From Betaproteobacteria bacterium (GTDB lineage Bacteria > Pseudomonadota > Gammaproteobacteria > Burkholderiales > SG8-41), in assembly GCA_052389535.1 (NCBI GenBank), contig JBQTHU010000061.1, forward strand, positions 15,132-79,131: a stretch of 64,000 nucleotides of DNA. The letters are read 5' to 3'. Position numbers and translations under genes: made by a program. Under the pieces are notes generated by a model that saw only the letters and a list, made by a program, of their open reading frames with translations, was not told the DNA's origin and did no database searches. How positions within the stretch are numbered: position 1 is the stretch's first letter; each line of letters starts with the position of its first letter. Of this stretch, positions 9,910 to 19,873 are shown piece after piece.

Positions 9910-10878
9910 CTACCAGCTGCCGGAACTGCCACCGCCTCCCGAGCGGCCGCCGCCTCCGGAAAAGCTGCTCGACCGTGAACTGGAACTCCACGAGGAGCTG
10001 CTGCTCGAGCTGGAACGCCCGAGCGAAAAGCCGCCTATGCCCGCGTGGCCCTTGGTTGTCAGATCGTTTTTCGCTTTTTCATACCACTTCGAGCGGGCAA
10101 ATATGAGCTTTGCGAGGGGAAAGCCGACGAGGTAGCAGCCGAGGAGGACAAGCGCTCCTTCTGTTCCGACGACAACGATCGGGAACATCGCCCAGAAGGG
10201 GATCAGGAAGAGGTAGAGGAACCATCCCATGCCCGGCGTGACGACCCCTATTATCGTGAAGAGACCGATGATGCCGAAGATGAAAGCGCCGAACAGAATG
10301 CGCTCGGTGAGCGGCAGGTCGGGCACCTGGAGTCCGGAGGACCCGGAAGTCGAATCGGACGATGCGGCATCGCCTGCCAGAGCGGACGGGGAGGCGCGCC
10401 CCTCGAGCTGCGCCACCACGGCCGTGACGCCTTCCTCGACGCCGCGGTCGAAATCGTTCTCCTTGAACCGGGGCGTCATGATGTTCCGGACGATACGCGC
10501 GGCCGCGAGGTCGGTGAGCGTGCCTTCGAGGCCGTAGCCGACCTCGATACGCATGCGGCGGTCCTGGGGGACGACCACGACCAGCACGCCGTTGTCCTTG
10601 CCGCGCTGGCCGAGTTTCCATCTCTCGAATACCGCTAGCGCGTACTCTTCGATGCTCTCGCCCTGTATCGTCGGCACCGTCAGCACGGCGATCTGATTGG
10701 TGGTGCGCTGCTCGTGTTCCCGCAGCACCGTGGTAAGGCGGCTGCGCGCTGCCGATGAAAGAATCTCGGCATCGTCCACCACCCGACCGCTGAGGTACGG
10801 AATGTCCGCCCCGGCTGCACCCGCCGCGATAGCGAGGAACAGCGTGCCCGCCGCGAGACGGGTCGTCAGGGCGCTCAT
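9910..10878 (-). CDS. TPM domain protein (YgcG family) with TM helices and Ser/Gly-rich tail
   Basis: GRVVDDAEIL, WKLGQRGKDNGVL, RIEVGYGLEG, FSGGGGRSGGGGSSGSW. Confidence 0.9.
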   Translation of the reverse strand: MSALTTRLAAGTLFLAIAAGAAGADIPYLSGRVVDDAEILSSAARSRLTTVLREHEQRTTNQIAVLTVPTIQGESIEEYALAVFERWKLGQRGKDNGVLVVVVPQDRRMRIEVGYGLEGTLTDLAAARIVRNIMTPRFKENDFDRGVEEGVTAVVAQLEGRASPSALAGDAASSDSTSGSSGLQVPDLPLTERILFGAFIFGIIGLFTIIGVVTPGMGWFLYLFLIPFWAMFPIVVVGTEGALVLLGCYLVGFPLAKLIFARSKWYEKAKNDLTTKGHAGIGGFSLGRSSSSSSSSWSSSSRSSSFSGGGGRSGGGGSSGSW

Positions 10879-11516
10879 GCCCCGCGCTCCTGCACGAGCG
10901 TGTCCGCGATCTCGTTCGCCGCCCGGGAAGGCGTAAGCCGCCCCTCCAACTGCAGCGTGATCGCGTTGAGGCACGCGGCGCAGGCGCTTGCCATGCTATT
11001 GCGGGCGAGCAGCGGCTTGACCTGTGCCGCCGCCGCAGCGAGCTGGTCGTCCGGGATGTAACTCCGGATGGCGGCGTCCGCTACGAGTGCAGCCTCGCGC
11101 TCGAAGCGGGCGATGAGCAACAGCAGGCCGATGCGTTCTCGGGTCTCGAACAACCCGCGCTGCAGAAACACGGCTTCGGCATATTGCCGCACCTCGGCCT
11201 CGGCGCGCGGACGCGCGACGAACAGGCGCGCAAGGCCGGGCACAAAGAGGGTAAGCGCGGCAAGGCTTGCGCCCGCGATCGTGACCGACGACACGAGCAC
11301 AGCGGCATGCGCGGCCGCCCCGGCCGGAAATTGGATTGCATACGCCGTGGCGAGGAGGGCGCTGAAAACCGCCCCGATGGCGAACGCCTTCCACGGGATT
11401 TCCGGGTAGGCGTCCGCCCTGGAGACGATGACGATCAGCACCTGGATGCCGCTCTTCGCCTCCACTTCTGCGACTAGCCTGTTGATTTGGCTTTGCTCTT
11501 CTTCTGAGACGTGCAT
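10875..11516 (-). CDS. TPM-domain membrane protein (partner of YgcG)
   Basis: VAEVEAKSGIQV, two TMs, F...GLFETRERIGLLL, NEIADTL; ATGA overlap with the downstream gene. Confidence 0.8.
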   Translation of the reverse strand: MHVSEEEQSQINRLVAEVEAKSGIQVLIVIVSRADAYPEIPWKAFAIGAVFSALLATAYAIQFPAGAAAHAAVLVSSVTIAGASLAALTLFVPGLARLFVARPRAEAEVRQYAEAVFLQRGLFETRERIGLLLLIARFEREAALVADAAIRSYIPDDQLAAAAAQVKPLLARNSMASACAACLNAITLQLEGRLTPSRAANEIADTLVQERGA

Positions 11517-11766
11517 GCGCGCGCCCTCCCTCTCGCGCGCATATTCTGTACGCCCCGCGCGGCACTTGCAAACAAAGCGCTCGCGCAGCACGCAGTGACG
11601 GGATTGAAACACGCTCGCGAGCAGTGCGCGTCCAGAGCGCAAAAGAGATTGACATTTGGATTTCGGCTCGGCATTCTTGCCTCACCGTGCCAACGGTACA
11701 GGCAAGGCGTATACGGCAGGCGAAGACACCGGTACTAACCATAGAACCACTAACGGGAGACGATCA

Positions 11767-12075
11767 ATGGCTGCAAAGAAAAAAAGCAGGAAAACCGCCG
11801 CGAAGAAGAAGAGCGGAGCGAAACGCAAACCGAATGCCGCTTTCATGAAAGCGATGCAACCCAGCGCATCGCTGGGGGCGGTGATCGGTAACAGCGCGAT
11901 GCCGCGCACGGAAGTCACGAAGAAGATCTGGAACTACATCAAGCGCAACGGTCTGCAGGACAGCAAGAACAGGCGCATGATCAATGCCGATGACAAGCTG
12001 AGAGAGGTGTTCGGCGGCAAGCGCCAAGTGTCGATGTTCGAGATGACGAAGCTCGTCAACAAGCACCTCAAGTAG
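11767..12075 (+). CDS. Standalone SWIB/MDM2 domain protein with Lys-rich N-terminus
   Basis: PRTEVTKKIWNYIKRNGLQD...RMINADDKL...VSMFEMTKLV. Confidence 0.9.
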   Translation: MAAKKKSRKTAAKKKSGAKRKPNAAFMKAMQPSASLGAVIGNSAMPRTEVTKKIWNYIKRNGLQDSKNRRMINADDKLREVFGGKRQVSMFEMTKLVNKHLK

Positions 12076-12089
12076 TTCTCCACTTTTCG

Positions 12090-12124
12090 ACGACCGGCCC
12101 CGCTGCGGCGGCGCCGGTCGTTTT
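12090..12124 (+). terminator. Probable rho-independent terminator
   Basis: ACGACCGGC...GCCGGTCGT stem followed by T-run. Confidence 0.65.
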
Positions 12125-12140
12125 CATTTGGAGGCGCGCT

Positions 12141-13088
12141 TCAGCGCGGCGCGCGCACCGGGCGCCAAACTGTCAGCGCCACGCCGCAGCAGGTGGTCGC
12201 GATGCCGATGATGCTGAGCTCCGACGGAATGACGTCGAACATGAGCCACTCCAGCACGACGGCGAATATCGGCGTCAGGTAAATCAGGCTCGTCACGCGG
12301 GCGGCCTGCCCGCGCCGCATCAGCAGATGCAACGCGCTTACCGCGAGCATTGAGGCGCCGATCACCAGGAACGCAATGGCTGCCGCGAGCCCCCACGACC
12401 AGCGCACCTGGGTGTCCTCGACCGCCATCGCGAGCGGCGCAATGACCGCGAGCGTCGCGAGAAACTGAATGAGCGTGGAGGAGCGCAGATCGACCAGCGG
12501 GCAGAACACGCGTTGATAGAGGGTCCCGGCGGTCACCCCCGCCAGCGCGATCGTTACCGCGGCAAGGCTGCCGACGGTGGCCTCGCGCACGTCTACCTTG
12601 TGCCAGACGACCAACGTGACGCCGCCCAGCCCCACCAGGATCCCGAGCCATTGCCGACCGGCGAGCGGTTCGTTCATCCAGCGCGCCGCGATGAGCGCGG
12701 TGACGAGCGGCTGGATCGCCAGGAGCAACGCCGTGATTCCGGCCGACATGCCGAGGTATTGCGTGTAATGGCTGCCGCCGAGATGCACGGCATGCATGAG
12801 CAGCCCGGCGACGACGACGTGGCCGAACTCCACGCCCGAGGCCGGGAAGCGCGGCCTGGCAATGACCAGCACCGGAATCAGGCACGCGACGCCGAACAGG
12901 AAGCGCAGCGTCAGAAAGGTGAGCGGCGCGGCGTGCTGCAGCCCCACCTTGGTGGCCAGGAAACCGGAACCCCAGACGCTCACGAAATACCATGCGAGCA
13001 GCCAATCGAACCAATGACGCCCCGACCCCGATGCCGCCACCTGCGTGCCGTGTGCAAAAAAGGTGCGAGAGTATAAACCGCTTTTCAT
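12141..13088 (-). CDS. DMT/EamA family transporter (start uncertain)
   Basis: About 10 TMs; WGSGFLATKVGL, PLTFLTLRF. Confidence 0.88.
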   Translation of the reverse strand: MKSGLYSRTFFAHGTQVAASGSGRHWFDWLLAWYFVSVWGSGFLATKVGLQHAAPLTFLTLRFLFGVACLIPVLVIARPRFPASGVEFGHVVVAGLLMHAVHLGGSHYTQYLGMSAGITALLLAIQPLVTALIAARWMNEPLAGRQWLGILVGLGGVTLVVWHKVDVREATVGSLAAVTIALAGVTAGTLYQRVFCPLVDLRSSTLIQFLATLAVIAPLAMAVEDTQVRWSWGLAAAIAFLVIGASMLAVSALHLLMRRGQAARVTSLIYLTPIFAVVLEWLMFDVIPSELSIIGIATTCCGVALTVWRPVRAPR

Positions 13089-13194
13089 CGGTTTGAGCCG
13101 AAGCCGCCGGCGGGTACACTACGGTACTTCACCACCGCAATAGGACATCCGTGCGTTCGCGCGCGGAGTCGCCACCTTCCGAAAGAGAGGGTCC

Positions 13195-13821
13195 ATGCTC
13201 GGCCGTCTGTTGCCACGCGAATCCAGGTTCTTCGACTACTTCAACGAACACGCCGAACTCATCGTGCAGGGCAGTCACGAACTCGCGGCATTGATGGCAA
13301 GCGGCGAAGACCACGAGAGGCGTGCCTACAACATCGAGTCCATTGAAAAACGCGCAGACAGGGTCACTCGCAGTACCATAGAGCTGCTGCACAAGTCGTT
13401 TATCACGCCGCTTGACCGTGACGATATACACCAGCTCATCACCAAAATGGACGATATCCTGGATCTGCTGGAAGATTCAGCCCAGCTCATGTTTCTCTAC
13501 GGCGTACGCCGTACGACCGAGGAGGGCAAGAAGCTGGCGGAGATCTGTGTCGCCTGTTGCGAAAAGGTGAGAAGCACCGTCGCCTTGCTGTCGAACATGA
13601 AAAATGCCCCTCAGATCATGGCGCTGTGCTCGGACATGGATCGCCTGGAATCGGAAGCCGATCACGTGATGCGCGCCGCAATAGCGCGTCTGTTCAGGGA
13701 AGAGCCTGACGTGCGGGAGCTGATCAAGCTGCGTTCGGTCTACGAGCATCTCGAGACGGTGACCGACCGTTGCGAGGACGTGGCGAACATCATCCAGGGC
13801 ATCGTGCTGGAAAACGCCTGA
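13195..13821 (+). CDS. DUF47 phosphate transport regulator (PhoU-like)
   Basis: IEKRADRV, SFITPLDRDDI, TDRCEDVANII; upstream of pit. Confidence 0.92.
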   Translation: MLGRLLPRESRFFDYFNEHAELIVQGSHELAALMASGEDHERRAYNIESIEKRADRVTRSTIELLHKSFITPLDRDDIHQLITKMDDILDLLEDSAQLMFLYGVRRTTEEGKKLAEICVACCEKVRSTVALLSNMKNAPQIMALCSDMDRLESEADHVMRAAIARLFREEPDVRELIKLRSVYEHLETVTDRCEDVANIIQGIVLENA

Positions 13822-13856
13822 ACATCGGCCAGAAGCAACAACAAGAAGAGGGAGGC

Positions 13857-14849
13857 ATGAGTTTCGAGGTTCTGGTGTTTCTGATCGTCGTTGCCCTGGC
13901 ATTCGACTTCATGAACGGCTTTCACGACGCGGCGAACTCCATCGCGACCGTGGTTTCCACACGGGTGTTGAAGCCTCATCAGGCGGTGCTTCTGGCTGCG
14001 GCGTTCAACTTCATCGCGCTGTTCGTCTTTCATCTCAAGGTGGCCACAACCGTGGGAAAGGGAATCATCGATCCGGGTGTCATCGATCACTACATCGTGT
14101 TCGGCGCGCTGGCAGGCGCTATCGCCTGGAATCTCATCACTTGGTATTACGGCATCCCGTCCAGCTCTTCCCACGCGCTGATCGGCGGTCTGATCGGTGC
14201 GGCTCTTGCCAAAGCCGGAAGCTGGGCGCTTGTCCCGAGCGGCATTTTCAAGACCATTGCCTTCATCTTTATTTCGCCCATCGTCGGATTCCTTCTAGGT
14301 GCGCTGCTCATGCTGATAGTGTCGGCGCTTTTCATACGAGCGACGCCACAGCGGGTCGACCGCTGGTTCCGGCGCCTGCAGCTGTTATCGGCATCGCTCT
14401 ACAGCCTGGGCCACGGCGGTAACGACGCGCAGAAGACCGCCGGCATCATATGGATGCTGCTGCTGGCTGGCGGAGTATTGAGTGCTCACGACCCAATTCC
14501 GACCTGGGTGGTCGTCGCCTGCTACGTTACGATCGCGCTCGGCACGGCGTTCGGCGGCTGGCGCATCGTCAAGACCATGGGCCAGCGTATCACCAAGCTC
14601 AAGCCGGTCGGCGGTTTCTGCGCCGAGACGGGCGGCGCGATGATGTTGTTCGTAGCAACGGGGCTCGGCATTCCCGTATCGACCACTCACACCATAACCG
14701 GCGCCATAGTCGGAGTGGGGTCGATGAGCAAGTTCTCCGCGGTTCGTTGGGGAGTCGCCGGGAACATCGTGTGGGCCTGGATATTGACCATACCGTGCTC
14801 CGCCGTAATGGCTGCCATTGCGTGGTGGTTGGCATTGCACATCCTGTAG
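13857..14849 (+). CDS. pit: Inorganic phosphate transporter (PiT family)
   Basis: NGFHDAANSIAT, HGGNDAQK, GIPVSTTH; GGAGG RBS. Confidence 0.93.
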   Translation: MSFEVLVFLIVVALAFDFMNGFHDAANSIATVVSTRVLKPHQAVLLAAAFNFIALFVFHLKVATTVGKGIIDPGVIDHYIVFGALAGAIAWNLITWYYGIPSSSSHALIGGLIGAALAKAGSWALVPSGIFKTIAFIFISPIVGFLLGALLMLIVSALFIRATPQRVDRWFRRLQLLSASLYSLGHGGNDAQKTAGIIWMLLLAGGVLSAHDPIPTWVVVACYVTIALGTAFGGWRIVKTMGQRITKLKPVGGFCAETGGAMMLFVATGLGIPVSTTHTITGAIVGVGSMSKFSAVRWGVAGNIVWAWILTIPCSAVMAAIAWWLALHIL

Positions 14850-15176
14850 CGGCCTTGCGAACGTCGGGAACCGCTGTACCTTGCGCACGGCTGGGAAGCG
14901 GCTCGCACGTAGCGGAACGATAAGCCGCAATCCGGGTCAAGCCAGAGTCGCTACTCAAGCCGGCCACCCGGCCAACGAACGAGGAGGTAATCATGCTGCT
15001 GCCCGCCGGTGACTCAGCGCGCTCCGTGGGATCACCCGGCCGCCCGCGCAGGCTGACGTGCTGCGCGGCGGGTCGTGCGCCACGCCGGGCTCGCACATTC
15101 GCCCGACGTACCGGAATTTTTTCCCGGCCGCGGCACGCCGGCAGTTCAGCGGCATACGGCTCGCCCGCGACTGCAG

Positions 15177-15857
15177 CTAATATGGCGGCGCGCCGAACAC
15201 GGGCGCATGCAGCCACAACGTGACGCAGTAGAGGAGGATTGCGAGCAGCGGACGGCTCCAGCCTATCTCGGCCAGACTCAAGCGGTTTCTGCCGCTCAGT
15301 ATGGCGAGAAACGGAACGTTGGACGTGGCGCTTGAGAAGCGCAACCAGTGTTCGCCAAGCGCCGCGCCCTTCCGGCGGTCGATGAGCACCGTGCCGCTCA
15401 GCGCGAGCACCAGCATGCTGCCAAAGAAGAGCGCCGCGGCGGCGTCGCCCCGCGCGGCGATATGGCTGCCGGCCCACAGCGCGATTCCCCACATCACCGG
15501 ATGGCGTGTGATGCGCAGCACGCCGCGCGCCGCATCGCCGCCGCGCAACAGCTTCTCAAAACCCACAGCGGTGGGGTTGCGCATCAGCACGCCGCACACG
15601 ACCAGGATCAGTGCGAGCGGCATGGTGACCAGTGGCGCATAGCGCAGCGCGGGAACGTGCCACAGGCCGAGGAAAGGGGCACGATAATAGGCCCATGCCA
15701 TTCCGCCCAGTGCCGTAAATGCGACCGCGCTATAGAGCAGCACATAGCCGTTTGCGCCGAGCAGCCGCACCAGCCGTGCGCGCAGCGGGGTGCTCGAGAC
15801 GTAATGCGCGATCAAAAATGCGCCTGCTGCAAGCAGCAGGCGGGTCATGGGGTTCAT
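15177..15857 (-). CDS. NnrU family membrane protein
   Basis: LRARLV..LG..GY...[18 protein letters not shown]. Confidence 0.85.
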   Translation of the reverse strand: MNPMTRLLLAAGAFLIAHYVSSTPLRARLVRLLGANGYVLLYSAVAFTALGGMAWAYYRAPFLGLWHVPALRYAPLVTMPLALILVVCGVLMRNPTAVGFEKLLRGGDAARGVLRITRHPVMWGIALWAGSHIAARGDAAAALFFGSMLVLALSGTVLIDRRKGAALGEHWLRFSSATSNVPFLAILSGRNRLSLAEIGWSRPLLAILLYCVTLWLHAPVFGAPPY

Positions 15858-15863
15858 ACGGTT

Positions 15864-17090
15864 TTACCGGCTGACTTGGTTACGCCCGCGATTTTTCGCG
15901 CGATACAGCGCCTGGTCCGCGGCCTGTACCACTTCTTCGGCGCTGGTAGCGCGCTCCTGCCGGTCCGCGACGCCGATGCTGATCGTCACTGACACCGGGC
16001 GGCCCGCTGGCCCCTCGCCCCGTCTTTTCCTGCCTGCTTGCGGCTCTTCCACCCGCTCGGGATCGCGCAGCGATAGTCTGTAGTCGGCGATGTCGCGCCG
16101 GAGCACTTCCAGGTGGGGAAGCGCGTCGTCGGCCGACTTTCCCGCAAAGAGAACGGTGAACTCCTCGCCGCCGTAGCGGTATACCTTGCCGCCGCCCCCT
16201 ACGCGCGCCAGGCGCGTCGCGACCAGCCTGAGCACCTGATCGCCTACGTCATGGCCGAAACGGTCGTTGAGGCCCTTGAAGCGATCGACGTCGATCATGG
16301 CGATGGCATAGCGCCGGGGCAGGCGTGCGAGCCGCTCGTTGAGCGCGCGGCGGCTGGGGAGTCCCGTAAGCTCGTCGCGGAAAGCCATGCGGAAGGTATC
16401 CTGCATCACGCCCGCCGTCACGATGAGCGCGCCCGCCGCGATGAACATCTCGAAGCCGTTCGGGGTGGTCACACTGTTCGCGGCAAGCGCGAAAGCGAGG
16501 ATTGCGCCGGCGAGCCCCAGATCGAGCGCAGTTCGCCGGTACAGCCAGGCCGCCAGGCTCACTGCCAGGGCCAGCGCTATCGCGACGAGCCCCAGTTGGG
16601 GAACGGGCGATGACGCGAACAGTCGCGTCTCGACCACAGTCAGGTAGACGGCGGCAGCAAAGCCGGTTTTGCCCCAACGCAGCAGCCAGAGGCAGAACAC
16701 GAGCTGCGCAAGCAGAATTCCCGCGCGCTGAACGCCGTGCAGATTGAATATGCCGCGCTCCTGCAGCGTGCTCAACGCGGCGAGATTGAACGGTACGAAC
16801 ACGCATAAGGCGGCAAAGGCAGTGTAGGCAGTGGGGGAAGGCGTGCCGGCCTGCAGGTAGAGCTGGCGTGCCAGCTGCGCGGCGGCAAGCGTAAGCAGCG
16901 CGAACAAGGCCCGTCCGCGCTGAAACGCGATGGTGACGGCGAGACCAAGCGCGATCACGAAGTAAGGGCCGTGATCGCGCAGCCCGGCGAGCGAAGCGGG
17001 CAATGCCGCCATGTACGGAATCAGAAGCTGGGCCGCGATCAGTATTGCGGCCGGCATGATGAGATGGAGCAGGGCCGGGTTCGGCATCAT
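15864..17090 (-). CDS. Membrane-bound diguanylate cyclase
   Basis: Multiple N-terminal TMs; DELTGLPSRR, DVDRFKGLND, RYGGEEF; no RxxD I-site. Confidence 0.9.
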   Translation of the reverse strand: MMPNPALLHLIMPAAILIAAQLLIPYMAALPASLAGLRDHGPYFVIALGLAVTIAFQRGRALFALLTLAAAQLARQLYLQAGTPSPTAYTAFAALCVFVPFNLAALSTLQERGIFNLHGVQRAGILLAQLVFCLWLLRWGKTGFAAAVYLTVVETRLFASSPVPQLGLVAIALALAVSLAAWLYRRTALDLGLAGAILAFALAANSVTTPNGFEMFIAAGALIVTAGVMQDTFRMAFRDELTGLPSRRALNERLARLPRRYAIAMIDVDRFKGLNDRFGHDVGDQVLRLVATRLARVGGGGKVYRYGGEEFTVLFAGKSADDALPHLEVLRRDIADYRLSLRDPERVEEPQAGRKRRGEGPAGRPVSVTISIGVADRQERATSAEEVVQAADQALYRAKNRGRNQVSR

Positions 17091-17277
17091 CCGCTGCACC
17101 GGCTGAATCCGCGTTGTATCGGCATCCGCTGCGGGCGAGCTTCCCGTAGAGCAGGGCCGGATAACGATGTCATGTCTGGTCCGATGATAGCACGCTGCCC
17201 GGTCGCCGCATCCGCGTTCGGAAGTGCTGCCCGTGTGATCGATTATGATGGCGATAACCATCCATAGCGGAAGCGAT

Positions 17278-18642
17278 ATGCCTCGATATGATTACGATCT
17301 CTTTACCGTCGGCGCCGGGTCGGGAGGCGTGCGTGCCGCGCGGTGGGCGGCGGGCTTCGGCGCGCGCGTTGCCATCGCCGAGGAGCGCTATCTCGGCGGC
17401 ACCTGCGTCAACGTCGGTTGCATTCCTAAAAAACTTCTGTCCTATGCGGCGCATTTCCACGAGGACTTTGAGGACGCGGCGGGCTACGGCTGGCAGTCCC
17501 GTGACGCCCGTTTCGATTGGCCGGCGCTCATCGCAAACAAGGATCGCGAGATCGCGCGCCTCAACGGGGTGTACGAAAGGATACTCAGGGCGTCCGGAGT
17601 CGAGATCCTGCGCGCACGCGCGCGCATCACCGACCCTCACACCGTGGAGGTGGACGGCAGGCAGATCACCAGTGCGCACATCCTTGTCGCCACGGGGGGC
17701 TGGCCAGTCAAGCCTGACATCGCCGGGGCCGAACTGGGCTTCACGTCCAACGAGGCGTTTCATCTGCCGCGGCTGCCGGCGCGGGTGGTAATCATCGGCG
17801 GCGGGTACATCGCCGTCGAATTCGCATCCATCTTCAATGGGCTCGGTGCGGAAACCACGCTGGTCTATCGCAGCGAGCGCCTGCTCAAATCCTTCGACGC
17901 CGATCTCGGACGTTTTCTGGGGGAACAGATGACGGCGAAAGGCGTACGGATCGTTTACAACCGGAACATCGGAGCCATCGCGCGCGCTACGGCGTATGCC
18001 GTCACATTGAGCGACGGCAGCACGCTGGAGGCGGACGGCGTGATGCTCGCCACCGGGCGCGCGCCGAACACCCGCAACCTGGGCCTGGAGGAAGCGGGCG
18101 TGAGGCTCGGTGAAAACGGCGCCGTCATCGTCGATGACGGATTTCAGTCGAGCGTGCCGTCGATACACGCGATCGGTGATGCAATCGATCGCGTGCTGCT
18201 GACGCCGGTGGCGCTCGCCGAGGGCATGGTGATTGCCGAGCGCCTGTTCAACCCCGGGTCCCGCGTGGTCAATTATGAAAACATCCCGACCACGATATTC
18301 AGCCATCCCAACGTCGGGACCGTGGGCCTTTCCGAATCCGAGGCGCGCCGCCGCGGCTTCAAGGTAACGATCTACCGCACTGCTTTCACGCCGCTCAAGC
18401 ACACGCTCACGGGAAGGACGGAAAAGGTGCTGATGAAACTCGTGGTCGATCAGGCGAACGACCGCGTGCTCGGGGTGCACATGGTGGGGGCGGAAGCGGG
18501 TGAGATCATCCAGGGATTCGCGGTGGCGCTCAATTGCGGCGCGACCAAGCGCCAGCTCGATGCCACGATCGGCATCCATCCGACCGCCGCGGAGGAGTTC
18601 GTGACCCTGCGCGAACCGGTGACCGCGGCGGCGTCAGGATGA
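17278..18642 (+). CDS. gor: Glutathione-disulfide reductase
   Basis: [37 protein letters not shown]. Confidence 0.95.
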   Translation: MPRYDYDLFTVGAGSGGVRAARWAAGFGARVAIAEERYLGGTCVNVGCIPKKLLSYAAHFHEDFEDAAGYGWQSRDARFDWPALIANKDREIARLNGVYERILRASGVEILRARARITDPHTVEVDGRQITSAHILVATGGWPVKPDIAGAELGFTSNEAFHLPRLPARVVIIGGGYIAVEFASIFNGLGAETTLVYRSERLLKSFDADLGRFLGEQMTAKGVRIVYNRNIGAIARATAYAVTLSDGSTLEADGVMLATGRAPNTRNLGLEEAGVRLGENGAVIVDDGFQSSVPSIHAIGDAIDRVLLTPVALAEGMVIAERLFNPGSRVVNYENIPTTIFSHPNVGTVGLSESEARRRGFKVTIYRTAFTPLKHTLTGRTEKVLMKLVVDQANDRVLGVHMVGAEAGEIIQGFAVALNCGATKRQLDATIGIHPTAAEEFVTLREPVTAAASG

Positions 18643-18679
18643 AAGATCGCCGGGCGGAAGGACCGTTACCCGGTTCCCG

Positions 18680-19294
18680 CTAGGGCGCGAGACGCTCGAG
18701 CCGCCAACTGCCGTCGCGATTGCGCCGGTAGCGCAGCCGGTCATGCAATCGATCCGCGCGTCCCTGCCAGAACTCAACCGTGGCTGGCAGCAGACGGTAA
18801 CCTCCCCAGTGCGGCGGGCGCTTTATCGCGCCGGGGTAGCTCTCGGACACGAGGGCGTAGCGCGATTCGAGCGCCGCGCGGTCGGCGATGACTTCGCTCT
18901 GGGGGGAAGCGCAGGCCGAAAGCTGGCTGCCGCGCGGGCGCGTCCGGAAATACTCGTCCGATTCGCGCGCGACCGCTTTCGCGATGCGCCCTTCGATGCG
19001 CACCTGGCGTTCCAGCGTGCCCCAGTAGAACAGCAGGCTCGCTCGATTGTTCCGTTCCAGTTCGCGGCCCTTGCGGCTGTAGTAATTGGTGTAGAACACG
19101 AAACCATGTGCGTCGAAGCCTTTGAGCAGTACCATGCGCACCGACGGCATGCCTCCCGGTGTTGCCGTGGCGAGCGCGGCGGCATGCGGTAGCGGTTTTT
19201 CGACCGCGCACGCCTGCTCGTACCACGATGAGAACTGCGCGATCGCGTCGCGTTCGACGGCCGTTTCGATGAGCGCTCGACTGTCCCGTTCCAC
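18680..19294 (-). CDS. pdxH: Pyridoxamine 5'-phosphate oxidase
   Basis: RMVLLK, FYTNYYSRKG, EFWQGRADRLHDR, ERLAP. Confidence 0.95.
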   Translation of the reverse strand: MERDSRALIETAVERDAIAQFSSWYEQACAVEKPLPHAAALATATPGGMPSVRMVLLKGFDAHGFVFYTNYYSRKGRELERNNRASLLFYWGTLERQVRIEGRIAKAVARESDEYFRTRPRGSQLSACASPQSEVIADRAALESRYALVSESYPGAIKRPPHWGGYRLLPATVEFWQGRADRLHDRLRYRRNRDGSWRLERLAP

Positions 19295-19311
19295 GCCCCG
19301 ATTGTACCCGG

Positions 19312-19800
19312 TCAGGGCTTGGCCCCGGTGGCGCCGGAAACGCGCCGGAATCTCGCGCTGTGCCGGTCATCGATCAGCATCAGCGTGTCGCCGTCCAGGC
19401 GATACACCGGCTGGGCGCGCAGCAGGTTGAAATAGCGGGTTTCAAAGGTGTTGAGCGGCTCGGCGCAGGCGCGGCGCGTTGCCGTCAATGCAGAAATCTC
19501 GAGTCGGCCTTCCGCGTGTTGCGCGACACCGCTGGCGCGGTTGCAGCCGCTGTAGGCCGAAATCCGGCCTTCCTCGAACGTGAGCGTGGCGCGCGGCACG
19601 CCGGGGATGCGCCCGGCGCCGATGAAGCTGGAATCGGTCATCTCCCACGCGCCGTCCTCTCTGGACACGGGAATTTTGAGCACGGTCGGTGCGGCTGGCT
19701 CGCGGGGCGGCTCGTGGGGCCGGGGAACCGTGCAGCCGACGACCAGAATTGCCGCCGCAACACCGGCGCACGTTTTGAGTTTTCCACCGAAACGGGACAT
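19312..19800 (-). CDS. META domain lipoprotein (HslJ-like)
   Basis: Lipobox VVGC; YSGCNR and TRRAC motifs; AGGAG RBS. Confidence 0.8.
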   Translation of the reverse strand: MSRFGGKLKTCAGVAAAILVVGCTVPRPHEPPREPAAPTVLKIPVSREDGAWEMTDSSFIGAGRIPGVPRATLTFEEGRISAYSGCNRASGVAQHAEGRLEISALTATRRACAEPLNTFETRYFNLLRAQPVYRLDGDTLMLIDDRHSARFRRVSGATGAKP

Positions 19801-19873
19801 GGCGTTTCTCCTGGAGAGGGCGCGTTTCGAAGCTGTGGGCGTGCCTTCCTTATGCCATCGGCCAAGCCGGCAA

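Noticed and set aside
9910-10030. Ser/Gly low-complexity repeat
   Set aside because: Normal C-terminal tail of YgcG/TPM proteins
13080-13194. Possible Pho box upstream of DUF47-pit
   Set aside because: No CTGTCAT-like 11-bp-period repeat; only a short GGTAC pair
17243-17266. Imperfect palindrome upstream of gor, considered as an OxyR/LysR site
   Set aside because: Does not fit the ATAG-N7-CTAT spacing well enough to call
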